Below the pieces are notes generated by a model. It did no database searches, had not been told where the DNA came from, and was given only the letters and a program-made list of their open reading frames with translations. This document shows, piece after piece, positions 25,840-38,620 of a stretch of DNA of 64,000 bases. The stretch's first letter is position 1. Each line of letters opens with the position of its first letter. The stretch comes from Rhina ancylostomus (Eukaryota), in the NCBI GenBank assembly GCA_030265395.1, contig JARFYF010000001.1, positions 100,569,970-100,633,969 on the forward strand, written 5' to 3'. A program made the position numbers and the translations under genes.

Positions 25840-26087
25840 AAAGAACTTCTCGCAGAAGGTGGCGAATTTCTAGAATTCTCTACCGCAGAGGATGGGGAGC
25901 TAGGTCACTGGGGATATTTCAAGAGGAAGTAAATACATTTCCAGAAGATCAGGGAATCTATAGGGTTGAGGCACAAAAGAGGAGGTGAGGCTGATGCAGA
26001 TCAGCCTTGATAATATTGAATGGTGGGGCAGGCTTGAGGGCTGAGTGGCCTACTCCTGCTCCCATTTCCTTGTGTTCCTGTGTTCTT
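25840..26087 (+). mobile_element. CR1 LINE 3' end
   Basis: CTTCTCGCAGAAGGTGGCGAATTTCTAGAATTCTCTACC...GATCAGCC...GGCAGGCTTGAGGGCTGAGTGGCCTACTCCTGCTCCCATTTCCTTGTGTTCCTGTGTTC. Confidence 0.8.
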
Positions 26088-27809
26088 AAGTGGCTGCAGA
26101 GCACTTTGTAACATCCTGAAAGGGAGGTCAAAGATGTTAAATTGATTCAACCTTTCTTTTTTAATCATAGTGTAGAAAGAAACATATCAAAAATAGCATT
26201 TAAGAAATATTTCTTTTTAGTCTGCTGAAACTTCTTGTGAAACTTTTTTTAAACTATCCGTAGTTTAGGTTGTTATTAGTTTTATAAAACCTAGTTTGCT
26301 TCATAGCATAAAAAGGGCAAAACATAAAATCTGAAATTATGCCAAAATAAAACAAAGAAGTTGTATCATATTGCACCCACTTAAATGTGAGCAAACATTT
26401 GCGCCATTTATTTCAACTGAATGCATTTAATACCAAGAGTGCACTACCACTTCTTACTGGAAACTAGTTGTATGTGTGTAAGTATATGTCAAAGATACTG
26501 TAGGGTTAANNNNNNNNNNTGCAGAGCATAAAGCTACAAATACAAATTAAAGCTAAATTACAATTTACAATGAAAGCAAACATGCTAATCAAGATGCTTT
26601 GAAGGAAAACTGATGAGCTTCATTTTTCCAAATTTTGAGTACTACCAGTCTTTACAGAATATTTTTCCTGTTTTTAAAATTAGTACATTGTGTACAGTTA
26701 ACTTCAAGCTCACTTCAACACCAGGGATGCATGTTGAAGTGAAGACACATTTCATGAATGAATGTCTTGGGCACTGAGCTTCAAGTTCCAGGGGTACATA
26801 TTTGGATTGGCTGCACCTCTCCACACTTTGCAATTTTCCACCCATTGATGAAGCTTTCCACCTGGAGATGGAACTTTAAGAATTGAAGTTTACTGTTCTC
26901 TTTGACTGAATTTGTTTGCTGGCTTCTGGAAGATATTTTAATGACTTGTACATAAAGAAGTGCCACCAACTTCCTTAAGGAACCGCCACCATTTTCTTAT
27001 GTGACTGCCAACAGATTTGGGATTCCCACATGTGCACCGATGCAATTGTGGATGTCCTTAGCTTGCTGACTCCTCTTTGGCAGCCAATTGCATTTCGATA
27101 TTTGACTCCTCATGATGAAGCATGAAATTGAATGATTCAGAGCCATTATTATTGGGGAATTTGCATGAAGACTTGTATTAGGCTGGGTGTGGTGCAGTAA
27201 CAGCATCTACAACCATTTTTTGCCCCATAAATTCCTGTTTTACACCTCTTTTGAAATTTTTTGCCAATACCTTTGTTTAAAGCTGCAGTGGAACTTTCAG
27301 AAACTAAGTGGCAAGGATGGAAATTGCTTTGAGTGCTCCTTTGGTGCTACCCAATTTAGATGAGAAAACGATTTCACGAGGTGCAATAACACCTGAGGCA
27401 ACATGCCCTCAAATGTCAGTCAGAGCTCTGCATTCCTTCCTGAGTATATAACAGGGGACGCCTCTGCTAATCCTGTTTCACTGATGTGGTATCACTGAAC
27501 TATGTCATTCAGTCCAGGCAGACATACAAATAACATCTAGAAAGAATTGGGTTAGCTCTTTTAGGAGCTGTGAAAATTGTCATGTATCAAGCTTCCATGA
27601 CAACAGACTTATTGAAGGACCTGCCTTAAATCTGCCACATCAACTGGTTTACTTTGCATAGCTGTAATAACACAATTGCCTTGGAAATGGATGAGGCAAA
27701 ATGCAATTGGCCCTGTATGTTATCCATAAACGGTGCATTAGAAGTCTTCTGTGAATGTTTTGAAGCATTTGCACCCATTTCATTCCACAGTGTCCCTCAC
27801 AATGGGAGC

Positions 27810-27885
27810 ACAGTAGAAAGTGCTGGAGGTGCTCAGCCTGTCAGGCGGCATCTGTGGAGAAAAAACACCCGAATTAATAACTTGC
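27810..27885 (-). mobile_element. Penelope-like terminal fragment
   Basis: GAAAGTGCTGGAGGTGCTCAGCCTGTCAGGCGGCATCTGTGGAGAAAAA, the same family motif as 12800, 28094 and 42930. Confidence 0.6.
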
Positions 27886-28093
27886 CATTCGAATGAGGGC
27901 AGTAGAAAGGAAGAAAATCTGTAACATAAGATGTGGAGTACAGAAGTTGCTGGAAAAATCTGATAAAAGGGAATGTGAGATTTTTTTTTCAGCNNNNNNN
28001 NNNNNNNNNNNNNNNNNNNNNNNNNNNNNNNNNNNNNNNNNNNNNNNNNNNNNNNNNNNNNNNNNNNNNNNNNNNNNNNNNNNNNNNNNNNNN

Positions 28094-28175
28094 TTCAGCA
28101 GACCAGGCGGCGTCTGTGAGGAAAGGAAATCTGAGTTAACGTTTCAGGTGGATGACACTGCATCAGAACTTGTCA
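28094..28175 (-). mobile_element. Penelope-like terminal fragment including the hammerhead region
   Basis: TTCAGCAGACCAGGCGGCGTCTGTGAGG...GAGTTAACGTTTCAGGTGGATGACACTGCATCAGAAC. Confidence 0.65.
28134..28170 (-). ncRNA. Minimal type I hammerhead ribozyme relic (core A9 changed to C, probably inactive)
   Basis: Minus strand AGTT-CTGATGC-AGTGTCATCCACCT-GAAA-CG-TT-AACT: helix I AGTT/AACT, CUGANG(A>C) box, GAAA box, palindromic CG helix III and UH site. Penelope-like elements are known to carry such motifs. Confidence 0.5.
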
Positions 28176-28211
28176 ATTCTGACACAAACAGGAAAGGCTG
28201 GATATTGAAAT

Positions 28212-28310
28212 TAAGATAAGATAAAGATAAGATTTCTTTATTAGTCACAAGTACATCAAAACACACAGTGAAATGCATCTTGCACAGAGTGCTCTGGGGG
28301 CAGCCTGCAA
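28212..28310 (-). mobile_element. LINE 3' end with (ATCTT)n tail
   Basis: TAAGATAAGATAAAGATAAGATTTCTTTATTAGTCACAAGTACATC: reverse of AATAAA plus a pentamer tail. Confidence 0.55.
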
Positions 28311-29512
28311 TGAGGTGCAAGGGCTGTAATGTACCCAGATAGAAGAGGAGCTTCTGCTCCTCCAGGTTACACGGAACATAGAATATTACTTCAGCTCACA
28401 GTGTTGTGCCGACATTTTATCCCGCTCCAGTATCTATCTAACCCTTCCCTCCCACATAGCCCTCCATTTCTCTATCATTCACATGGCTATCTAAGAGATA
28501 TAACATTGTTATACAGTGTAGCAGATCAAAGTCAGGGCGGTCAGAGTGGGAGAGGTATGGAGGATAAAAGTGACAGGTAACTGGCTCAGGACCTCGTGAA
28601 CTGAACGAAAGTGTGACACAANNNNNNNNNNNNNNNNNNNNNNNNNNNNNNNNNNNNNNNNNNNNNNNNNNNNNNNNNNNNNNNNNNNNNNNNNNNNNNN
28701 NNNNNNNNNNNNNNNNNATCACTGCTTCATTTAGAAGGACTGTTTGGGTCACTGATTGGTAGAAATGGAGGAGGTAAAAGGACAGGTATTGCATTTCCTG
28801 CTGTGAGCAGGGGATTGCTTTGTATATTGCATTACTGCCACTAAGCTTCTTTTTCCCGAGGACCTAAATGCCACCTACTTCTGCTTTTTAACCTAATCTT
28901 ACTTCAAAATATATGGTGGCAGTCTATTGCTTTTTTGCATATGCCTCAAAATCTGCAAGTTTGGTTGCAGGGATTTTTGGGACCTTCCCGCTCCTCCTCT
29001 GCTGAGGCTATCACTGGGCTCCACCTGGTGGATACAGCAGATGGCAGGAATGAGACAGATGGGAAGGTAATAGGTGAATAACTCGGGCCCTGCTCACTTT
29101 TAGATAGTCAGAGGTGGAGAACTGATGATTGCTCTGGTAGATTATGGGTGATAGTGGGAGGAATGAAGTCAGAGCAGGAGGAGGAATGTATTGAGAACTA
29201 AGGACAGAGCAATGCAGCAGGCTCCTGGGTAATAATTTTCAGGGTCTAACATAATTTCCATAAGGTGCGGTTGATCTTAATGGTGCAATGAGTTTCCTGG
29301 AAGCTGATTTCTATCCCTAAAACTCTACCAGACACTGCTCCTTTATCTCAACACATGTTAATTTATCTATGGGATTGCCTGAATCCCAGATGGGCCTTTC
29401 TCTGGATTCCTACCACATCCACCAAATTTGTGATGGACATGCTTCATTTTACTTTAGATCTTCTGTGAAATCATGAACCACCATTACATTGCTAAGGATC
29501 ACTACCTTCACT

Positions 29513-30290
29513 TCAATGGTGGGCAGCACCGGCAAGGCCAACATTCATTGCCCATTTCTGACTGTCCTTGAGAAGGTGATGGTGAGCTGCCTTCCTGAAC
29601 TGCAACAATCCCTCTAGGGAAGGTAGTCCCGCTGTGCTGTTGGGCAGGGAGTTCATGGATTGAGACTCAATGATGATGAGGGAATGGCAATACATATCCA
29701 AATCAGCATGGTGTGCAGGTTGGGGTGGGCGGTGACTCCTGCAGGTGATTCCACTGCACCTGTGGCTCTTGTCCTCCCTGGCGGTAGAGATTGTGGGTTT
29801 TGAAGGTGCTGTCGGAGTAGCTTGGGCAATTAACTGTGATGTATTTTGTAGAAGGGAGCACTGCAGCCTCTGTGCACTCAGTGTGGAAGGAATGAACACT
29901 GAGGTGATGGATAGAGTGCCAATCAAGTGGGTCGCTTTACTCTGAATAGTGTTGAGTTCCTTGAGAGTTGTTGGAGCTACACTCAACCAAGCAAATGGAG
30001 AGTATTTCATCAAAGTCCTGATTTGTGCTCTGTAGATGATGGAAAGGCTTTGGAGTCTGGAGATGAGTCACTTACTGCAGATACGCAGCCTCTAAGTGGC
30101 TCTTGTAGCCACAGCATTGGTCTAATTGTGTGTTTATGTGGATGTTGCTGCTGGGGGGGCGCTCAGTGATAGACACATCATTGAATATCATCAGTATGTT
30201 GTTAGTCATTCTCTTGTGGGTGATGATCATTACCTGGCACTTCTGTGGCACACAATGTAAATTTTCTTTCTCGGCATAACCGTCATGTAG
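29513..30290 (-). mobile_element. Non-LTR retrotransposon (CR1/L2-group, clade uncertain) RT C-terminus and 3' tail
   Basis: ORF MMKYSPFAWLSVAPTTLKELNTIQSKATHLIG...QFRKAAHHHLL, and upstream VPQKCQVMIITHKR. Homologous to 32990-33757. Confidence 0.8.
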
Positions 30291-32229
30291 AAGGATGGTT
30301 CTAGGCACCAGCAGCCATGCCAAAGAATTTTTGAAACAGCGAAGAAGCTCTCAGACCTCAGGACGTCTCATGTGCCTAACTCTAACCCAAGCCCATACAC
30401 ATCTCTGACTCAGAAGAGGATAAGATCGGATTTCATTTTGTCCAATACCCTGTCAGTACTCAGCTGTCTAGACTCACAAATGAAGTACTGACCACTCCAG
30501 CAATACATCAACCAACACTCATGAAACAATTACAGCAAGAATTAAACCCTTTAGGATAAGAGGGAAGAAGAAAATTGATTGTAAAAACATTTCAACTACC
30601 CACGTCTTCTTAAGTACTCTGCTGTGTGGTATTCAATTGAATTAGATTGGAAGTGGATGAGTTATACTGATGCAAGACTCAGGCATAGTTGGAAATCCTG
30701 CTGTTAACTGCAATTGAACACTGTGAAGTTACTCTTTGCACATGCTATCTTCTTCATTTCAAAAATGTGATCATCAGCCACCTAACTCGGCAGTCAGGTT
30801 GCTGGCCGACAACATAATAATGAGAAGCTCCAGAAAATGGATTCAGTGAAATAAAATTTAAAGGAAGTGCAGAAACTGAATCACACAAGTAACTGGAAAA
30901 TAAATAAAGGAAAGTAAGAATGAAGCTTGAAGAAAAGGCTGTGATATAGGAAACTCCCAAAAGAACGGTGGAAATACAACTTTGGGAGTGTTTTGTCAAA
31001 AAATCAGATGCAGATGAGATTATAATTATTGATGATTTAAAAATTACGAGTAAGAAAGTACAAGGATGTAATCCGTGTAAAGGGTGGGCATGGGGGCTAT
31101 AAGCATGTGCATAAAATGAATCCTAAAAGAGGAACCTTTTTCACATAGAGGGTATTGGGCTGCTGTTTCAGCTGAGTTCACTGGCTGGGTCAACAAAACC
31201 AACTTCATCCCCCTTGGAGTGGTGAGCTATGATGAACCTTAGTTCCCTGGCAAGCACTTTGCTGAGCATAATGAGATCAAGTTTAGTACACAGCTTTGTT
31301 TTGATGATTTCTCAGTTGAATTCACGTGCCAGTTTCGTGTGATATTTAGTTGAGCCCCTCAGGGTGGTCAAATAAGATAACATTACAGTTCATTTACACC
31401 CTGCCAAGTACACATTGTAATGAAATAAGATCAACTTTTACACAGACTTGCTTTCACCCCTTCAGCGAGCTTCTCTTCCATTTTATTGTAACATTTATGC
31501 CAGATTCCATCTTAAGAACCCCCTGGAGGCAGAATAGACCAAATTCAGTTTGTGATTATTGAAATGAGTATTAATCTATTTTTCGATACTTTTTCAAAAT
31601 TTCTTCACTTACTTTGGAGAATATTTTCTATTTTAAAATTATCATTTTATAAGTTTATGCTACCAAAGAGGCATGTTTGGAACAAAACACTACTTTTGGT
31701 ATACTTTTAAAAGAACATTGACAACCTTACTAGAAACTTTGTGCTTCCTGTTCACCATAACCTTGCTCTTTGGATTGCAATTGTTAGGAAACAAAACCAA
31801 TTGGCTAACATATAACATTGAAAAAAAATAAGCACAATTCTTTTTTAAAGAAGAAATTTGCCCTCTGTCTATTGAACTATGAATTGTACTCTGCTTCTAT
31901 GATCTGTTTTTGCTTCCACATTGACATGGGCTTACTCCCCTGGGCATTGTCTTAAAATGGCCCTGGTCTATTTTCCACTGGGTGGTGGATGATCAATTCA
32001 CTCCACTGCTAAGTCTAAACAAAATTTAAAAGGTGTAACCAAAAACATATAGACATTCATGTACACGTTTCCAACTGCATTAAAGTTCTTGCAAAGAAAA
32101 ATCTGCCACAAAACAATCTGATAATTGCAAATTCAACAAAATAATAATAATGCTGGATAAATCCACTATTAAAAATCTAATTGTGACAGAAGATGAGAAA
32201 GCCAGTTATTTGTGTAAAGGCAATCTTGT

Positions 32230-32480
32230 GGCTGTTAAGTTACTGGTCTAGTCAAACAGAAGCCTGGGCTAACAATCCAGAGATTTGAGTTCAAATCCCA
32301 CAATGGCATTTGTAGAATTCAAATACAGTTAATAATATGGGATTTTTTAAGGTCAAATTAGATATTCATTATAAAGACCAGAAAAATTCTGGATTGTCGT
32401 AAAACCCTTCTGGTTCATTAATGTGCTTCAGGGGAGGAAACTCGGCATCCTTACCTGGTCTCATTGTTGTGTGATTCCAG
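32230..32480 (+). mobile_element. tRNA-derived SINE-like head, possibly the 5' end of the LINE that follows
   Basis: B-box-like GAGTTCAAATCC (32287-32298), then GATTGTCGTAAAACCCTTCTGGTTCATTAATGTGCTTCAGGGGAGGAAACTCGGCATCCTTACCTGGTCT, a recalled chondrichthyan SINE body. Confidence 0.65.
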
Positions 32481-32484
32481 GATA

Positions 32485-33757
32485 ATTGTGCTAAATGGGA
32501 TAGACTTGGAAAGATCTGGCAATGCAAGAGTGGACATCCATGAAGGCCTGTGGACAACCAGCAGCAGCACTTGCAATGTACATCAACACAATCTATAACC
32601 TATTGGCCTGATATATATTAGAGTAACTAAGAGTGACAGCTCCTGACATCAAGGCAGCCCTTGACAGAGTATGACATCATGGTGGACCCCGATGTAACTG
32701 AAGTTAATGGGCATCAATAGGAAAAAAACTCCATCTGTCAGGGCCATATCTTGTACCAAGTAAAATGGGTGTGATTGATGGAGGTCAATCATTCCTGCCC
32801 TTGGACATCACTTCAGGAGTTCTCACTGCAGTGTCCTCAACCCAACCATCTTCAGCTGCTTCATCAATGACCTTCTCCTGAACATAAGATTCAATTCAAT
32901 TTCATTTTCTTAGCAAATTAAGCAGCCAATGCCTGCATGCAGCAAGACCAAGACAAAATTCAGCCATGGGTTGGCAAAAGGCAAGTAACATTCATATCTC
33001 AAAAGTGCCAGGCAATGAACATCTCCAGCAAGAGTGAGTCTGACCACTTTGCTTTGACATTCAGTTGCATTACAGTTGCATAACTATTACCAAGTCCACC
33101 ACCATTAACATCCTGGAGGTCACCGTTGAAGATAATTCAATTGGCCCACCCATGTACAAACTGGCTAAAAGACAGCTCAGGGTCTAGGAGTCTTGCAGCT
33201 AGTGACTCACCTTCTGATGTTCCAAAGTCTTTTAATCATCCACACTACCAAGTTAAGAGTATGATAGAATACTCTCCACTTGCTTGGATGAATCCACCTT
33301 GAAGGTTGCTCAAGAAGTTTGACACGATCCAGGGCAAAGCAGTCTGCTTGTGTGTTGCTTCATCCATCATGCAAAACATCATTTCCTTTACTGCCAGTAA
33401 ATAAAAATATTCTAACCTTGGCTACTCTAACAGCACCTCCCAAACCCAGGACTCGACCAGGAAGATGGACAAGAATACCGGGTACTTGGGAACATCACCA
33501 TCTACTGGTTACTTTCCAAACTGCATGCTATGCTGACTAGCAAATATTTCTTTGTTCCTTCTTTGTTCCTTCATCATCCTTGCGTCTAAGTCCTGGAACT
33601 CCCTCCCCAGTCGCACTGTGGGAGTACCTTTAACAGAAGAACTGCTGCAGTTCAAAGCAGCAGCGCACCACCACCTTCTCAAGCGTGGATAGGGATGGCA
33701 ATAAATACTGGCCTTACCAAAAACCTCCAGATCCTGAAAATCAAATGAAAAAAATAA
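32485..33757 (+). mobile_element. Internally deleted non-LTR retrotransposon (same family as 29513-30290) with RT motifs and A-rich end
   Basis: AKWDR linker, RVTAPDIKAALDRV, SVLNPTIFSCFINDL and SMIEYSPLAWM. Tail GGGATGGCAATAAATACTGGCCTTACC...ATGAAAAAAATAA. Confidence 0.85.
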
Positions 33758-34094
33758 TCTGATCAGGTGTCGCAAGGACAGAGGAGGATGGGAGTACAGA
33801 AATTCACTGATCTATTCCATAAGTATAATCAGGATGTCTTCTTCTCAATTTTCAACGGGATTTGCATCAATGGATTTTGACTTCCAGCTTTTAATTCTCC
33901 AGGACGTATATGGCCATGTAATGAAATCTGGTCCATAACGAAACATTCTGTAAATTCGATCTGGGAGAGCCAAAAGATGTTTGGAATAGAAGGGCAGAGA
34001 GCAGGAGCAGTACCAATAACACTTTTAATAGCTCTATATTATAAATATATGATAATATTATTGAATATAATATTTGATACCATCTCTAATATAA

Positions 34095-34398
34095 AAGCTA
34101 AGAAGGTTGTCTAAGGATACAGAGGTACATTAATCAGCTGGAAAGTTGGGCAGAGCAGTGGCAGATGGAATTTAATTCAGATAAGTGCAAGGTAATGCAT
34201 TTTTGGACGTCAAATGCTGGCAGGGCACATGTAGTCAATGGTAGGGACCATGGGAGTGTTGATATACAGAGAGTCCTTGGGGTACAAGTTGATATTTCCC
34301 TGAAAAAGGTGACACAGATGGATAGGGTAGGGAAAAGAGGATTTGACATGCTTGTCTTCTTAGGCTGAGGCAATAAACGTAACAGTTGGGACATCGTG
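34095..34398 (+). mobile_element. CR1 ORF2 fragment
   Basis: QLESWAEQWQMEFNSDKCKVMHFW...QRVLGVQVDISLK. Confidence 0.85.
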
Positions 34399-34559
34399 NN
34401 NNNNNNNNNNNNNNNNNNNNNNNNNNNNNNNNNNNNNNNNNNNNNNNNNNNNNNNNNNNNNNNNNNNNNNNNNNNNNNNNNNNNNNNNNNNNNNNNNNGG
34501 AAAAGTGAGCACATTTACTGATTCATTTACATCCTGTGAATTCAGCTCTTGCATTTCAC

Positions 34560-35730
34560 CCTGGCTTGCTAATTGAACACTGCATTCTTCCTCACACCCA
34601 GCGACTTTCAGCTGCACCTCGCCTTCATTGTCTGTGCATCTTGTCTCCCCATTTATCCATCCATTGCTGACACTGCCATCATTCCTACTGCAATGTGCGA
34701 TCCACCTGTCTCCGCCTACTCTCACAGAATGCACTGCACCTCCTGGTGTAAAACACTCCCCTGTTTCTTGTAGGAGTAGAGGCTGTAAAAGGCAAAAGAG
34801 ACCATCATCTGCGCAAATGATCACAATAACTTGATGAACAAATACCTTAAACACAGCCAGATATTGCTCATTCAAAATTGGAAGTTTGTACTTCGGAAGA
34901 ATTCTTTGAATGTTAATTGAATGTAACCATATATCTGATGGCGAACTATTCATTCTTGCCTTATAAATTCCTCTCCCTCACATCTTTTTGTTGGGTTAAG
35001 ATAAGAAAGAGAAATGCTGACCCAGTTTGGTAGTGTGTGTGGGAAAACTTAAGGACTACTGATCAAGGCCTAATCACCATTATTTTGGCCAGAGATCCAG
35101 CAATATGAAACTCAGCCCAGTTTGTGCTGGTGCAAACGATGCTGGAAAGGGTAAGTAATTATCTTTGGGGATGGCTTTGCATACCTGTCAAAATTCAAAT
35201 TGAAAAAGGCAATCTGCCCAGCAGTTTCATAGTTGTGGGAAGTAAATTGAGGAGCCTTGTGACAATAGTTGGGATGGTCAACATTGTCATTTTCTATGAC
35301 ATCTAGTTGGAGATATTGAAAACTAACTTTGCCAAGACTCTTTGGTTCTAACCTAAGGTCTGGTCTGGTCATTTCTATGCTAAATTCCCATGTCCATTTT
35401 GTTCTGATGAGGTCCAATGCCCATGCACAAACTCCTAGTCACCTATCACTGACCTCTACACTTGTTGACCTACCTTGGCTGTGGGTTAAATAATATTTTG
35501 GCTTTAGAATACTCAAACTTATTCTGCAAGCTTGTCCTTACCAACTCTGTAATGTCTTTTCAACATATTTGAACTTACCAAATTCTGGCTTCCTGAACAT
35601 CCCTGAATGTATTCTTCCATTGTTGGCAGCTATGCCTTTTATTGCAAATGCCTTAGGTTCTCTGCCTCATTCTCTCTATTTTAAAATGCTCCTTAAAACC
35701 TATCTCTTTGTACAAGCTTTATATTAGCTG
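34560..35730 (+). mobile_element. Decayed L2 LINE (endonuclease remnant to 3' region)
   Basis: PSDFQLHL (cf. GDFNLHL), and a 3' part CACCTATCAC...TGACCTACCTTGGCT...TTCTGGCTTCCTGAACATCCC...AAAATGCTCCTTAAAACCTATCTCTTTG that resembles 62810-63000. Confidence 0.55.
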
Positions 35731-35799
35731 CTCTAACTTTAGGGAAACTGCAGTTATTCAAGAGCTGCTGCATCGAACGATTTTGCATTGAACAGCTAA

Positions 35800-35925
35800 T
35801 CATCAGGGCATGGATTGCTATGCACCAAACACAGGAAATGGGCCTACTGTAGACAAGTACAATGGCAACATGGACATGATAGGCCAAAGGGTCTGTTTCT
35901 AGAATGTTTGAATCTGTGACTCCAT
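35800..35925 (+). mobile_element. CR1 3'UTR fragment
   Basis: GGCAACATGGACATGATAGGCCAAAGGGTCTGTTTCTAGAATGTTTGAATCTGTGACTC. Confidence 0.55.
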
Positions 35926-36087
35926 GGTCCTACTCCCATCACTTTCTCTGCAAGATAATTCCCATGTCTGTGAGCAATTTAAAAAGTACATAAGCCCCAT
36001 ATTGGGAAATTCAACATAATCATCTGGAGGCACACTAAGGTTTTGGTGGGATTGTTAAACAGAATTCTTATACAATATGTACAATTA

Positions 36088-36870
36088 CACGAACATATGA
36101 GTTAGGAGCAGGAGCAGGCTGGAGGGGCTGAGTGGCCTACATCTGCTCCTAATTTGTGTCTTCATATGAGTCTGCTCTGCTATTCAACAAATTCATGACT
36201 GATCTGATTGTAACATTATCTCTGCATTCTCACCTAACCCCAGCAACCTTTCACCTCTTGGAAATCAAGAATCTATCTCCAACATAACATTTTTCTGAGA
36301 CTGGTTCCACTGCCTTTTAAGGAAGTGAGTTCCAAAGATTTGCAACCCTATGAGAGAATGAAATGTTCCCTCATCTCTCTCTTAAATAGGCAACTCCTTA
36401 TTTTTAAGCAGTTTAAACTCCTACAACGTGAAACATCCTTTCCACATCAACCCTGCCATGATGCCTCAGGATCTAATAACCCCTCTCATTGTTCTATACT
36501 CCAGTGGACACAACCCTTTCTTCATAAGACAACACACCCATTCGCCGTATCAATCTGGTAAACCTCCTTTGAACTGCCTCCAATGCATTACTAGCCTTCC
36601 TTAATCAGGAGACCAATACTGTACACAGTATCCAGATGTGGTCTCACTAATATCCTATATAACCGAAGCATAAGCTCCCTGCTTTTGTATTTAATCCCTC
36701 TCGCAATGAACAATAATATTCTGTTAGCTTTCCTAATTACTTTCTGTACTTGCAAACTAACCTTTTGTGTATCATGCATTAGAACACCCAGAGCGCTCTA
36801 CATCTCAGAGCTCTGCACTCTTATCAATTAGATACCTTTTTAAATAGACAATTTCATATTTTCCCACATA
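36088..36870 (-). mobile_element. CR1 LINE 3' portion
   Basis: Minus ORF MHDTQKVSLQVQKVIRKANRILLFIARGIKYKSRELMLRLYRILVRPHLD, plus the reverse 3'UTR at 36090-36210. Confidence 0.85.
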
Positions 36871-38448
36871 TTGTGAGACTAGCTTATTCTGCCTATTCCA
36901 CTGACAATCATTGCAAAACCAGATTAAAGCTTCATGATGTTAAAGCTAAATAAAAATTAAAATGAATATAATTTCAGTCTAATCATAAACACTTACTGTG
37001 ATGCCAACATTTCATATATGCAAGCACCAATCATGCTACGTTTTTAGTTTAGAATTGAAGAATTTAAAGTTTATACACTTCATATAGTCATATGTAACAG
37101 GTCATATACATATTGTTACAGTTATGATAAAATATGAATGGAATATTTTTAGTTGTGGATGAATACTTCAGCTGAATTACTGTAGCTTGTGCAGATCAGG
37201 ACCAATAACTAATTAAAAATTTACACCGATATAGTCTTACTGCCTGTCCTCAACTTAACTTGAAGAAAGAAGTTGTTCCTGTGATATTGAACTATTGCAG
37301 ATCATGTGAAAAAAGGATCCAGACTTATTGATGAATTCATTGATCCTTCTCCTACTTGTAGTCATTTGACTGAGCGTTGCATGATCAGAAGTAATTTGAC
37401 CTTCAGTGTGAGCTAAACAAATAGCAGATGGTCAAGATTCAGCTGATCAGTTCTTTACTTTCTGTCGAGCCATTGCCACCATGTTGTGCCCTACTGAGTC
37501 TTTATCCTCTGTTTGTCATAGTGCCAGAATCCGAAGAGCAGCATTTGCCAAGCATTGATGTTTGGCCCACTTGGCACTTTGTTTTTTATCAAGACTTAAC
37601 AAGAAGTATTTAGAAGTACTTTATACAGTTAAGAAAACCTGTTCATGGGAACTTGGAAGGAGTTCTTTTCATGCTGAGATTCAGTCTAGTGATCATACAC
37701 CTATTTCAATTACTTGGTTTTAGAAGGTGCAGTATTCATTAAAAAATTGGCAAACTTTTCTTGTTTTCCAAACACTTCAAGTGTTGTAATTTGTTTTAAA
37801 CCATGTCATTGCATCACAAAAAAAACATTAAATAGTTTGCACATATCCTTCCAACAGAGTGGAGCACAATTGTTTCGAAATTTCTCTGTTCTCAGTGAAA
37901 TTAGACAAGTTTTGCTTTAAACTATACTATCGGAGAACCATGTTTTATTTTTCTACCTTTACCAAGACATTGTGAAGTGCTAGATATTAGTTGCTGTGGT
38001 TTCAGAGATAAACCTAATTGGGCCTGGCACAGTATTTTGAAGCATTAATCCAGTGGGACGTGTAGCATAGGTCACCTACACAAAATGTGACTGATCTTTA
38101 TATGAATGTCTATGCTGGAAGAGAGGAGAGTGAGTAACTGATTTTTTATTGTTTCGAAGCAGACCCACTAGCTTACCAGCTGTGATCTGCCAAACTCAGT
38201 TTTCAAGTAGCCTTGAGCTGAATGACCAGCATCCCACCTAAAACAGGTGAAAGTTTTTCTTTATTATATAAATGAGGATTCAAGACTCTTGGTAGGATAA
38301 CATTTACGGACTTGTTCTTTCCCTGTTGGTCTCTGGTATCGAGCAGACTCTTCATGACACTATGCAGTTTGCTCTAATGCAGATGACATGGCCAGGATAA
38401 AAAGGCAATTCACAAAATCCTCCAGCTCACTGACACTGCACGTTTCTT

Positions 38449-38527
<79 letters not shown>

Positions 38528-38620
38528 GACACACAGACAGACACAGACATGTTCACATATACACAGAAGCACACACAAACAGGGACACACAGACACAGAA
38601 AAACACACACATATACACAC
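38449..38620. repeat. (CA)n microsatellite, interrupted and degenerate distally
   Basis: Directly visible ACACAC runs with AATG interruptions. Confidence 0.95.
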
